DNA of 63,995 nt, filler included, from Intoshia linei (lineage: Eukaryota; Animalia; Orthonectida), in NCBI GenBank assembly GCA_001642005.1. It is 5 parts of 5 records of this genome, joined end to end, with 100 filler letters (N's around TTAATTAATTAA, not from the genome) between each part and the next. Parts side by side here need not be neighbours in the genome. Positions count along the whole stretch, not along the records: positions 1 to 27,870 come from LWCA01000436.1; 4 more parts are not named here. The stretch is one strand, 5' to 3'. The notes beneath the pieces were generated by a model that did no database searches, was not told where the DNA came from, and was given only the letters and a program-made list of their open reading frames with translations. Within the stretch, counting starts at the first letter, position 1. Every line of letters begins with the position of its first letter. The position numbers were made by a program, and so were the translations under genes. Positions 13,501 through 24,400 of the stretch are shown here, piece after piece.

Positions 13501-14461
13501 TGGGAATTAAAGGAAGTCATGGAAATGATGGAAATCCTGGTTTATAAAAGATTTAATATCATAAAAAATTCATATAGGTCAAAAAGGAAACCAAGGCGAG
13601 CGTGGTATTATGGGACCTTCTGGTTTAAAAGGAAAAGATGGAGGTAAGGGAGGAAAGGGCGATAGAGGGAATTCAATAATTGGTCCAAAAGGTGATATAT
13701 AATGATATATTTTAGTCTTGCATGTGTTTTTTTGTTATTATCATTTTTAATAAATTAAAATAAAGGTGAACGCGGTCTACATGGATTTCATGGAAATAAA
13801 GGAAATGAAGGAAGAGCTGGACAACCAGGATCTAAAGGTACGTGAGATCTTTACTTTGATGGATTAATTCGAAAATGAATATAAATTTGTAGGAAATGCA
13901 GGTGAAATGGGTAGAATTGGTTTAAGTGGCCCAAAAGGAGAAATGGGCGCAATAGGCTCACCTGGATTATATGGATTACCAGGAACACGGGGAAAAGATG
14001 GTTTGAATGTATATTTTTTTTATAATTGTGAAAAGGGATTGATGGAAAAGACGGATTAAATGGGGCTAAAGGTTTTAGAGGATTTCCAGGTGTCAAAGGA
14101 GAGGAAGGAAAAATTGGTTTGTATCATAATATAACTATTATATTGAATATTAGGCCCTCAGGGAGTTGAAGGTAGGATTGGACTGGACGGATATCCAGGT
14201 ATTTTTAAATTTTAAAATGATTCTTGATTTCGTATTTTATAGGTTCGCCTGGAAGAAAGGGAGATAAAGGTGTTGAGGGGATGTAATTTAAATAATTATT
14301 ATTTATAAACAATTATATTTTTAGACATGGATTACCCGGATCTAAAGGTACATTTGAATATATAAAAACAACAAAAATAATATTTAGGTGAACCAGGCCA
14401 ATTGATAAGAGAAATTCCAGTTAAAGGCTATAAGGGATCTAAGGGCAATATTGGCGCGTAA
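1562..14461 (+). CDS. Secreted Kunitz-Kunitz-vWA-vWA-collagen protein, about 1038 aa, 28 predicted exons
   Basis: Signal exon 1562-1640 ([22 protein letters not shown]); Kunitz exons 1715-1888 and 3484-3696; vWA exons 5037-5615 and 5718-6338; linker exons 9081-9128 and 9203-9247; 20 Gly-X-Y exons 9839-14347; last exon 14388-14461. Junctions are GT-AG and phase-compatible (phase 1 except one phase 2); total 3117 nt in one frame. Confidence 0.75.
1907..2960 (-). mobile_element. Non-autonomous Helitron copy (3' end intact, 5' end truncated) in intron 2 of the collagen gene
   Basis: CTAG terminus and subterminal hairpin (ctgttatgtac-tac-gtacaaacag); internal sequence shared with the 6471, 34526 and 42102 copies. 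Confidence 0.75.
4133..4466. repeat. Foldback-like inverted repeat with tandem subunits
   Basis: Two TTTTTGAACCAAA(A/C)TTT(T)AA(A)GG units on the left face two CCCTTGAAA(T/G)TTTGGTTCAAAAAA units on the right. A similar arrangement occurs at about 38866-39003. Confidence 0.55.
4700..4945. mobile_element. Degenerate piece of the hAT MITE family seen at 20077-21129
   Basis: Shares ccaaggg...aatacgaaaattta(a)gatgattg, aatcttatgagaaaaaa and ttttaccaacccttaag with 20360-20540, plus a GCCGCA-type subterminal motif. Confidence 0.6.
6471..7545 (-). mobile_element. Full-length non-autonomous Helitron (1075 bp)
   Basis: Minus strand reads A|TCCTAACTTATATAAT...(GT)n...hairpin...CTAG|T: 5' TC, 3' CTAG, inserted between A and T, no TSD. 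Confidence 0.85.
8152..8482. mobile_element. hAT-type MITE
   Basis: Imperfect TIRs CAGTGGCAGATCTAG / TAGATTAGCTACTG; degenerate 8-bp flanks gtcttttg/atctctta. Confidence 0.5.
10525..10764. mobile_element. MITE of the AGAGCCGAA-TIR family
   Basis: AGAGCCGAACGTA ... TAGGGTCGGCTCT. Related termini at about 19440-19730, 33100-33497 and 41262-41493. Confidence 0.45.
11897..12832 (+). mobile_element. hAT deletion derivative carrying a C-terminal transposase remnant (12082-12249)
   Basis: TIRs TAGGGCAGTTTTTTATGGC / GTCAATAAAAAATTGCCCTA; perfect 8-bp TSD CTAATGTC; peptide [19 protein letters not shown] matches the hAT SxxxERxFS motif. Confidence 0.85.
12250..12560. mobile_element. Innermost hAT MITE of the nest
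   Basis: TIRs CAGGGGTCGTCA / TGACGTCCTCTG; TSD tactacca/tactacaa; it interrupts the transposase remnant. Confidence 0.75.
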
Positions 14462-14852
14462 TATTTATAATATACAGTGTATATTAAACACTAAAAATAT
14501 TAAATACTGATATTCCTAGTATTTAAAAAGCACAAATTGTACAATGTACAATTTTACTAAAATTAAATGTTTTGTACAACAAATGGTTTAAAATTTAATC
14601 ATAATTAGAAGTTGTCATAAATTACACACAAGTGACTTTTTTTAAGAATTTTATAAATTTTAATTTTTAGCAGAAACTATCAATACACAGACAAACCTTC
14701 ATATTGGATGTTTTCTGTATTGATAGTATAGTTAAAATAATTAGAAAATTGTTGTAAATAGAAAATTAGATTAGGTTGAGATGTCTAAAAAAGTTTTAAA
14801 ATTTTTTAAATAAATGATAAAATACGATATATAGTGCGTTTTATAATGTTAA

Positions 14853-14940
14853 CTAGCTTGGCTGTTTTGTACTACGTACAAACAGCACCTAGCTCTGCTG
14901 AGGGTACTCGTTTATTATACCAAAAAAATAAATTCACTAC
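14853..14940 (-). mobile_element. Helitron 3'-terminal fragment, followed by a hAT-like MITE (about 14950-15831)
   Basis: CTAG plus hairpin gctgttttgtac-tac-gtacaaacagc; MITE right end GGTTGGAAAACACTG at 15831. Confidence 0.65.
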
Positions 14941-15943
14941 AACATACTACTATGCTTTTCAACCCATTTTGGTTGGCGACACACATTTCAATCTGAAAAC
15001 TTTTTGCGACACACCAATCTAAAAATATACTATTGATTCGTTGAAACGAAATTTTCACATTTTGAAAAATTTAAGATATCGCGACAACTTTAGTATACAG
15101 GTCGTGTAGTTTTCTATATAAATTACCATGGTGAAAGTATTTTTTAATAAAAAATTGTATTGAAGTGGGGCACACCATTTGAATATTCTCATGCAAATAT
15201 CTTATGTAAAAATTAAAACTGATCTTCATTTAAGAAATTATTCATTTTTGACGATATCTATTGTCAACGTCTTTTGGTGTGATCCTCATGTTTAGCTATG
15301 TAAGCCAATATTTTAAATTATACCAAAACTCAATTTTTATGGAGGTTAATTATGATGAAAAATATAGTATTTTTGTAATATTCGTAAGAATTGCATCACG
15401 ACTAAAACTCAAAATAAAGAAATCTAGTCTAAATTTAAATAATAAAAATATATATATTAACAACATGGACCAATAGAAAAAACCTGTTGTCATACATAAG
15501 TTGGCAAGACATTATTTCGTCTGATTATAATGAGACAACATTTTACTTATAAGATATGGCTATCATATAATATATTATATTAAATTTGAAACAGAATGAT
15601 ATATCTCATTATCTCAAGGTGTTTAATTATGAAATTTAATTAATTGATATTTTTCATGGGTAATAGCGAAATTTGATCTAAAAAATAGTACATTTTGTAT
15701 TCATAATTATTATTAAATTGTTATGTCTTATTCCAAAATGTTGTTTAAAAAATGAAGTGGGTAATATCAAAATAAGTACAGTACATGTACTGTAATATGG
15801 GTAATATAGTAAAAAAGGTTGGAAAACACTGCTCTAACCTCAGACCTTCTCTACCTACTTACATACATACTAATACTTTTTTATCTCTCGCAATAAAACA
15901 ATATACAATTTATTATAAAAGCAATTGTAAGTATACAATGTTG

Positions 15944-16773
15944 TTATAAAGTACGAACAAGTAATTGTAGTTGATTTTCATTTTTCGTTAAACGAAATGC
16001 CCTTTTTATTTTAGCTATTGCTCTTTCTGCTGGATCATTGACTACGGGCGCATCTCCTATTGGTGTCAAAAATAAATTCAAGTACACGTTATATTTAGAA
16101 AATCTTTGAATTGCAACGGAGGATATAGTTTTCAAGGAATAAATATTGTATTCCATTAATTCATTGAATCTAATTTATATAATATAAAAAAACTAAAAAT
16201 ATTTTAATTTACCTCTCAATCGTTTTTTTGTCATTATTTATTGCACGCTTAGCTGAAGCTGCATCAAGCCAAAATATCAAGTATCCATAAATAACGAAGA
16301 CTATGAAACTTCTGACTTTTTCAGTATTCACAAGTTTTAGAATGAAAGCTTTAATAATATACAGTATCCTGCCCATCCATCTTGCTTTAGAAACCGATCC
16401 TGATTTCTTTAATTTTACTTTTGTACCATTTACAATAGCCAACGCCAATACAAAACATTCTGCGTAATTACCTCGACTATGATTTAAACCATCCTTAAAT
16501 TTTAGTATTGTGCATGTCATGTTGATGTCATTAAAGGTGTTAATATTTGGAGCAATTTTAGGTTTATAATATATATCATTATGGTCGATGTAGTATTCTT
16601 GAACCTTTTTGACTTCATACACTGTAATGTCAGAAGATGTGGTGTCGCCAAACAATGCTCTAAAACCATGCGTCAATATTATTTCAAATATATGATGACG
16701 ACACGGCAAATTGAGTATATCATGTAACAAATTGGTCAAAATTTTGACACTACCTATGTTTTTAGAAGTATTT
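15944..16773 (-). mobile_element. hAT-superfamily (hATm-like) transposase, C-terminal part, copy A, with a 43-bp intron at 16170-16212
   Basis: Motifs LPCRHHIFE (CxxH), ARWM and VVNDPAERAI (catalytic Glu). The two ORFs join in frame across a GT-AG intron. Confidence 0.7.
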
Positions 16774-17140
16774 NTATATTATATTAAATTTGAAACAGAA
16801 TGATACATCTCATTATCTCACGGTATTTAATTAGGCAATTTAATTAAAATTTAATTAATTGATATTTTTCATGGGTAATAGCGAAATTTGATCTAAAAAA
16901 TAGTACATTTTGTATTCATAATTATTATTAAAAAATTTTATGTCTTATTCCAAAATGTTGTTTAAAAAATAAAGTGGATAATTTCAAAATAAGTACTGTA
17001 ATATGGGTAATATAGTAAAAAAGGTTGGAAAACTCTGCTCTAACCTCAGAACTTCTTTTAATATACTAATACTTTTTTATCTCTCGCAATAAAACAATAT
17101 ACAATTTATTATAAAAGCAATTGTAAGTATACAATGTTGT

Positions 17141-18080
17141 TATAAAATACGAACAAGTAATTGTAGTTGATTTTCATTTTTCGTTAAACGAAATGCCATT
17201 TTCATTTTAGCTATTGCTCTTTCTGCTGGATCATTGACAATGGGCGCGTCTCCTATTGGTGTCAAAAATAAATTCCTGTACACGTTATATTTAGAAAATC
17301 TTTGAATTGCAACAAAGGATATAGTTTTCAAGGAATAAATATTGTATTCCGTAAATCTAATTTATATAATATAAAAAAACTAAAAATATTTTAATTTACC
17401 TCTCAATCATTTTTTCGTCATTATTTATTGCACGTTTAGCTGAAGCTGCATCAAGCCAAAATATCAAGTATCCATAAATAACGAAGACATGAAACTTCTT
17501 ACTTTTTCAGTATTCACAAGTTTTAGAATGAAAGTTTTCATAATATACAGTATTCTGCCCATCCTGATGTTCATGAGGATGCTGCTTTAGAAACCGATCC
17601 TGGTTTCTTTAATTTTACTTTTGTACCATTGACGATAGCCAACGCCAATTCACAACATTCTGCGTAATCAGCTCCACTATAATTTAAACCATCCTTAAGT
17701 TTTAGTATTGTGCATGCCATGTTGATGTCATTAAAGGTGTTAATATTTGGAGCAATTTTAGGAGTATAATATATATTATTATGATCGATGTAATATTCTT
17801 GAACCTTTTTGAACTCATCCACTGTAATGTCAGGAGATGTGGTGTTGCCAAACAATGCTCTAAAACCATGCGTCAACAACCACGTGTGTAACACACACAA
17901 CACGGCAAATTGAGTATATCATGTAACAAATTGGTCAAAATTTTGACACTACCTATGTTTTTAGAAGTATTTGAAGGGGTGGTATCATAAAAACAGCCGA
18001 TTACCTCCGACGTCAATTTGTAATCGTGAAGGAGATTATACACAGTATTTGCTGTAGTGATACCTTTTCTTTATCATGAG
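17141..18080 (-). pseudogene. hATm-like transposase, copy B, frameshifted
   Basis: Near-copy of 15944-16773 that extends further 5' through GCFYDTTPSNT (a catalytic Asp motif). The CRHH and ARWM motifs are destroyed by local sequence replacements. Confidence 0.7.
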
Positions 18081-18455
18081 ACATTATAACAATTTCTGTA
18101 GAAATTAATCTAAAAAGTTTTATAACCTTATCGTGTTTTTATGCCAAAATTCTTTTTAATACTTGACCATTAGTTGGCAAATTTTTCTGGTTTATAATTA
18201 ATTATATTATTATTTATATTATTATTAATTATTATATTATTTAAATTATTTTAAATTTTACATGACATCTTCAATTAGCATAAATACTATAATTTTGTAT
18301 ACTATAATTAATAATGTAAAAATTTTTTATAATCGAAACCAAAAAAAATATAAAAATAGCTTGGAAGAAAATAAGTTAAAAACCATGATTTATTGAATAA
18401 ATAAGAAATAGTGATTCGCGACCATTTATAACCAAAATGTTAAACTTTAATTTAG

Positions 18456-21400
18456 GAGCAATTATCAATGGATTCATTTCAACATCAGTAACAACATTGG
18501 AAAAGCGTTTCTATCTAAGCAGTAAAATGACTGGCTTTCTATCGGTATTTTATGATATTGTTGTCGTGTTCTTATTGATTCCAGTCAGCTTTTACGCAAC
18601 TCAATTTCATAAAATTCGTATAATTGGTATTTTATAAATTATATACATTATTCAATTAAAATTAACACCAAAATATGTAATCCTCAAGTAGTGATTAATA
18701 TATTATTAACATTGTAATGATAGTTAAAAATTATGTATTTACATAATTTCTAACTTTTTATGCTCGTGTTATATGTACTACAGTACCATTGTGCAGTGTT
18801 TAATTTACAAGATTGATGGATTAGTTTAATTTGAAAATGTACATGAATGATCGAGTTCTCCATATCTAGTGGTAAATGTAATTATGAATATATTACATTA
18901 ATTCAATATATGTGTGCGGTTTTGACCACGATGTTTGTATTTGATTTTGTAATTAATATCACGGAAATGATTGTAAACACTCCTGCAGTAATCGCAAAAC
19001 TATATAGTATATTTATGAGTCTTGTATGATTCAAATAAATGCATTATATGTAATTATAAATTTTTTAATTTAGCCATCAGCATCACTATTATGGGAATTG
19101 GATCGATATTGTTTTCAATGCCACAATTTTTTTCATCTTTATATCATTCTTTAAACTTGAATGATTCTTCTCAATATACTTGCTTACCAAGTAATGTTAT
19201 GATAATGGTTGGTTAATTTGTAAGAGTTTTGGTTTAGTCTTAATATTTAAATTTTAAAAATCAACGCATTATGGTATAATAGTATGTCATTCTTTCATAC
19301 GTATGCTTCATCATATACATTCATTATTTTTGTAATACCCTCTATTTTTTGAAGAATTTTTTTAAAAAATAGTAAAAGTTTCGAAAAAGAAAACATTTTC
19401 AATCAATAAACTTTGATATATATTTTTACATTGAGTGCATACTCTCAGTGCCAAACCTACGGTACCGAGCATCTCTTCAAATAAACTCGAAGAAATTTTT
19501 GTATAACAGGGACCTTATTTTTCGAAATTGAAAATTACAAAAGTATACCTATTTTTTTTGTTAAATTTAAAATTTAAACGGCAAAGTAAAAGATCCTTAG
19601 AGAAATGGATACGGGTATATTCCACTACGCTTATGATACCACTACCGTTGGTATAATTTTTTTTAGAGGCTTAATTTTCATTTCCGGTAGCCTTGCATTG
19701 CCCATAGGTTCGGCTCTACAATGGAGAGTCTGCATACATTAGATTTATATTGTAAAATTTGTAATGCATTATTTATATAAATTTGATTTAATTTAGAATC
19801 GGCATTCACGAAACTTGGCAAAATAGACATATTTAGTTATTCAATATTTCTAATTGCGCAAGGGCTTCATGGCATTGGATGTTCTGCATTGTTTACAGTT
19901 ACATATGTAACATTGGATGAAAATGTATCCCAAAAACAATCATCAATATATACTGGAATCCTATATGGATTCAGTGTATTTGGGCCAGCCATCGGATATA
20001 TTATTGGTGGAATGGCTTTAAATTTATACGGAGATTTCTATCGTGTTTCAACGTAAGTTTTTATTGTTAACTAGATCAGGGGTGCACAACCTTTCCACCA
20101 ATTCAGCCACAATGCTACTTTTCTCATTGATACTACGACCACACAAAATTTACTTCGACATTGAGAAAGTTTTCTCTGGATCCCAGAGTCTGGACCTAAA
20201 TTTTAGGTCTAATAAAATAATTTTGTTTAAATTTGAATATCAGCAAGTTTTAATTAATAATTTTCAATTGAATTAATCCTTAATTCACTCATAAATTAAC
20301 ACCATATTTGTCATTTATCTGAATCAGAATAAATAGCAATAGTAGGATTAATGCAGTGCTTCTCATGGGGGTGACCCCAAGGGGTGAATACGAAAATTTA
20401 GATGATTGTAGGCGAATCTACAATTTGCAACTTAAAATTTAAAAGTTGTACAATTTTCAACATATTTCATTAAATCATCCAATTTAATATAATCTTATGA
20501 GAAAAAACCAATATTTTACCAACCCTTAAGGAAGAAATCCCTTTTTACCAATATTTTTTTTTAAAAATCCATTTTTACCAAAATTTTAGAATAAAAACTA
20601 CCCTATCTGATTCCAAAAGAAAAAACCAAATTTTACCCACCCTTAAAAAAAATCGCTTTAACCAATATTTTTATGAAAGATCCCATTTTACCAAATTTTT
20701 AGATCAATAATTCTTCTGACTGATTCCATAAGAAAAAATTTAACAAATATCCTTTTACTAATATTTTTTTGAAAAAACATTAATCATTAATTTTTCGGAA
20801 AATAATTAATAATAATTGGACAACAAAAAAGAGTTCTTTTAAAAACCGATTTGTTGATACATTAGAGTGGAAGATATAAAAAAATATGTAAATATTAATA
20901 ATGACATAAAAAAACATATCAGTGACTACCTTGATTTTGTGTACCCTTCGCTAACATTTGAGAAACTAAGGCAAAGTCAAGAATGTAACTTTTTGATTAA
21001 AATATTTTAAATAGACCTTGAATAAAATCTCATTTTAACTTTTCAATTTGAAGTAAAATGATATATTACATTATGATCAGATGTATTGCCCACAGCCGCA
21101 CATAAACGCTCTCATGTTGTGCACCCCTGAACTAGATTGAGTGATATGTATTTCGTACAAATGACAGCTAGCTCTGCTAAAAATTCTATTATAAATTGTG
21201 ATTTTTTAAATTATAAACAGTAAGTGTTATTATTATTAGTGTTATTAACAGTAATTAAAAGTTTAAAGTGTAGTGTAGTGTAGTAAAAAGTGTAAATAAA
21301 CTATAACAGACAAACAGACACTCTCACGCAAACATTCAATTTATATAAGGAAAAGATTAATACATATATATATATATATATTTAATTTTTAGACCGAAAG

Positions 21401-24400
21401 GTATCGACATCAACAATAAAAATTGGTATGGTGCATGGTGGATATCATTTTTAGTTGGTGGTATTATATTACTCATTTCGAGTGTTCCAGCTTTTGGTTT
21501 CGGACATCATTTGCCACGTATTATTTATTTTTTATATTTTTGAAATTGTGCTCTACCAGGCTTGTCAGTCCGGTTAGACTCTAGAAACCCATACCCACAC
21601 AAAACTTTATTATTTGGAACTCATATTCCGTACAGTCTATTTTGTTACAAAATAATTTAATCGCGTACTACCTATCACGTTTTCAAGTACGTTTTTTGAT
21701 AAAGAAAACAAATTTCAATTTCAATAATAACCGTCATGGTACTCTTCCCATTGAAGGTAATTTACGGTACCGATGCTGTAATTTTTAAACTAAAATACAT
21801 AGTTACCTTTTTGGTAATAATAATAATGATAATAAAAATATCGTCCAGTTTCAAATCACAATTAAGCTTAAATTTATTTTATCAACTTAAATGATTTCTT
21901 CGTTCACTGATAACACTAACGTTCCATTTATTATTACTATTGTACTATTGTCCATTGTACAATTTCATACCATGAAACACCCAATAAATATACATATTTA
22001 GACTACGAACGGATAAAAAATGAAAGGATATCAGAAGCACACGGTTGTAATATAAATGAGGATTGTGTAAAAATATCTTTTGGTCGAAATTTATCAGAAT
22101 TACCGAAAACAATGCTTCGATTATGTAAAAACTCAACATATGTATTACTAATATTATGTGATTCATTCGATGCTTTATTACTAAATGCTTTCATAATATT
22201 TGCTCCAAAGGTTATGGAAACTCAATTTAATCTGTCTGCAAGTAAAGCATCCATTTTATGTGGTGCAGCTTTAACTCCGGCTGGAGTAACTGGAACCATT
22301 CTCAGTGGGTATTTGATTCGAAATATGAATGTAAAAAGTAAAATGAAATTTGGAGCCTTGATGTTTATTATATCTATACCGTTCATCCTTGCATTTTTGC
22401 TCAATTGTCCATCAACAAATATAATTGGAATACACGAAAAATATAAAAATAGGTATTTCAAAAATGGAATTGTTAACGAAAAAAAGCGTTATTGAAATAG
22501 AATTTACAGTGCGCGATAGTATGTTCAGATCTTAGACAAATTTCGAAAAAATTAAGTTATTTAAATAAAGCTGAACACACACACATATAAACAAAAATCG
22601 TGGAACATACTATATAATTAGGATGTATGGATGTCATCTCTAGCAAATTAAATGATGGTTACTTAGACGAAATCGATTTATAATTTATGATAATAAATAT
22701 ATGATAGGTTTATTTATTTGGTGTTTCGATTTTGCGTTTTTTATATTAATCTTTTTTTTACGAACTATGAAATATCCATATCTACTGAGAAATTTATATA
22801 TTAGAATGGGATCTGAACGTACTGTCAATTCACTAATTATTTGTATAAAATCGATAAAATTTTTTTTTTGTGTCTGGTGTACGTTACCATTTATTTAACA
22901 AACTAAGACTACTAGAAATTTTATATACTGAAATTGTAAGATAGATCTTTCTGGTTTTTCAATCTAAAGAGTCGGAACGATCCCAATCTAAAACGTAATT
23001 TACCATTATCAGTAATATCACTTAAATAACTTAAAATCTTTGAACACCCCCTTAAATGTAATGACAAATAAATTTAACAATTATGACAACTGGAAATTGT
23101 TGAGTGATCACTGATAATTATAATAACCCTTCAAATGTCATTAGAAAAATTTCATGTAAACTATCTACCCGCCTGTATCCCTTCGTCAATATTTAAAAAC
23201 ATGCTTTGTCCGCGCGTAACCGTTGTAGAATTCGATTATGAATCGTAAATGAGTGGGAAATATTATTTTTAGTTTGATTTTAATTAGTTAAAATTTAATT
23301 AATTTTTATTTTTATCAAATATTTTATATTTAACAGTACGAGCATCAATTTAATCGACAAATGCAATTCAAAGTGTCAATGTTCTGTAGATTATCAAGAG
23401 TATATATGCCAATATGACAACAAAACTCAACAATTGTACACATACGCTTCTCCATGTTTTGCAGGATGTTCAACGTCTTATTCTTCTTCGGTATATACTT
23501 TTTAAATCACATCTTATTATGATAGAAAGATTGTGCTTGTCTAGACCCAACATTACCACTAATGATGAAGGAAGAATGCAACAAACTGGTACCTAGTTGT
23601 CGCTCGCTTTATCCATTCTTAGTTATGATATTTATTGTAGTATTTCTTACTTTTATGGCCGCAACTCCGACTGTGCAAGCCATTATGAGGTAGTATAGTA
23701 TAATACATATAAAACATCATTAGATGTGTATTATTTACAGAGAGGTCCATCGCTGTAGGACTAGGCTGGATGGTTGCTCGCATTGTAGGTATATTTTAAT
23801 TGATAATTCTAGTTAGTTAATTGATTTTCTAAAAGTTGAGTTATATAAGTGAGCTTATCAGTTTTGGTTAAAAGCAGATTTCGGAACTTAAATTGTCGAA
23901 TTATAAGAATATATATAATATAATTTTTTCGGTATTCATTTCTGTTTATCTTATTTCTATAAAGTAAATATTAATTACAAAAAACATTAAAAAGTCACAG
24001 ATTTAAGTCATGGATACAATTAAAAGTTTTATTTAAATATATTATGGTTCAAATAACTTTTATGAATCCATTAAAATAAGACTACCAAAGATGTATTACC
24101 GTACTATTAGATTTTCAACGTGAATTTGTTTTTTTGGAATAATTAATGAGACATCTCATCTTAATTTTGGCGTTTTTTCTTGTGAATGTTGGTTTTCTTT
24201 TTCTCATTTTATTTCAAATTTCAATGAGTAAAAAAATAACGTTTTCAGTTAGTATAAATTTAATTTTATATTTTATATTACGTTGCTGTAGTGTCATAAA
24301 TTAATTAAAGTTTACAAAATTTTTTGAAAATTCAAATTAAAAATTCCGAAGGAATGAATTATATAGATTTTCACCCATATGTCTTTACTGGAAATGTGTA

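Noticed and set aside
20510-20770. Spaced TTTTACCAA repeats that look CRISPR-like
   Set aside because: Degenerate, the spacers are not unique, they sit inside a hAT MITE, the context is eukaryotic, and there are no cas genes.
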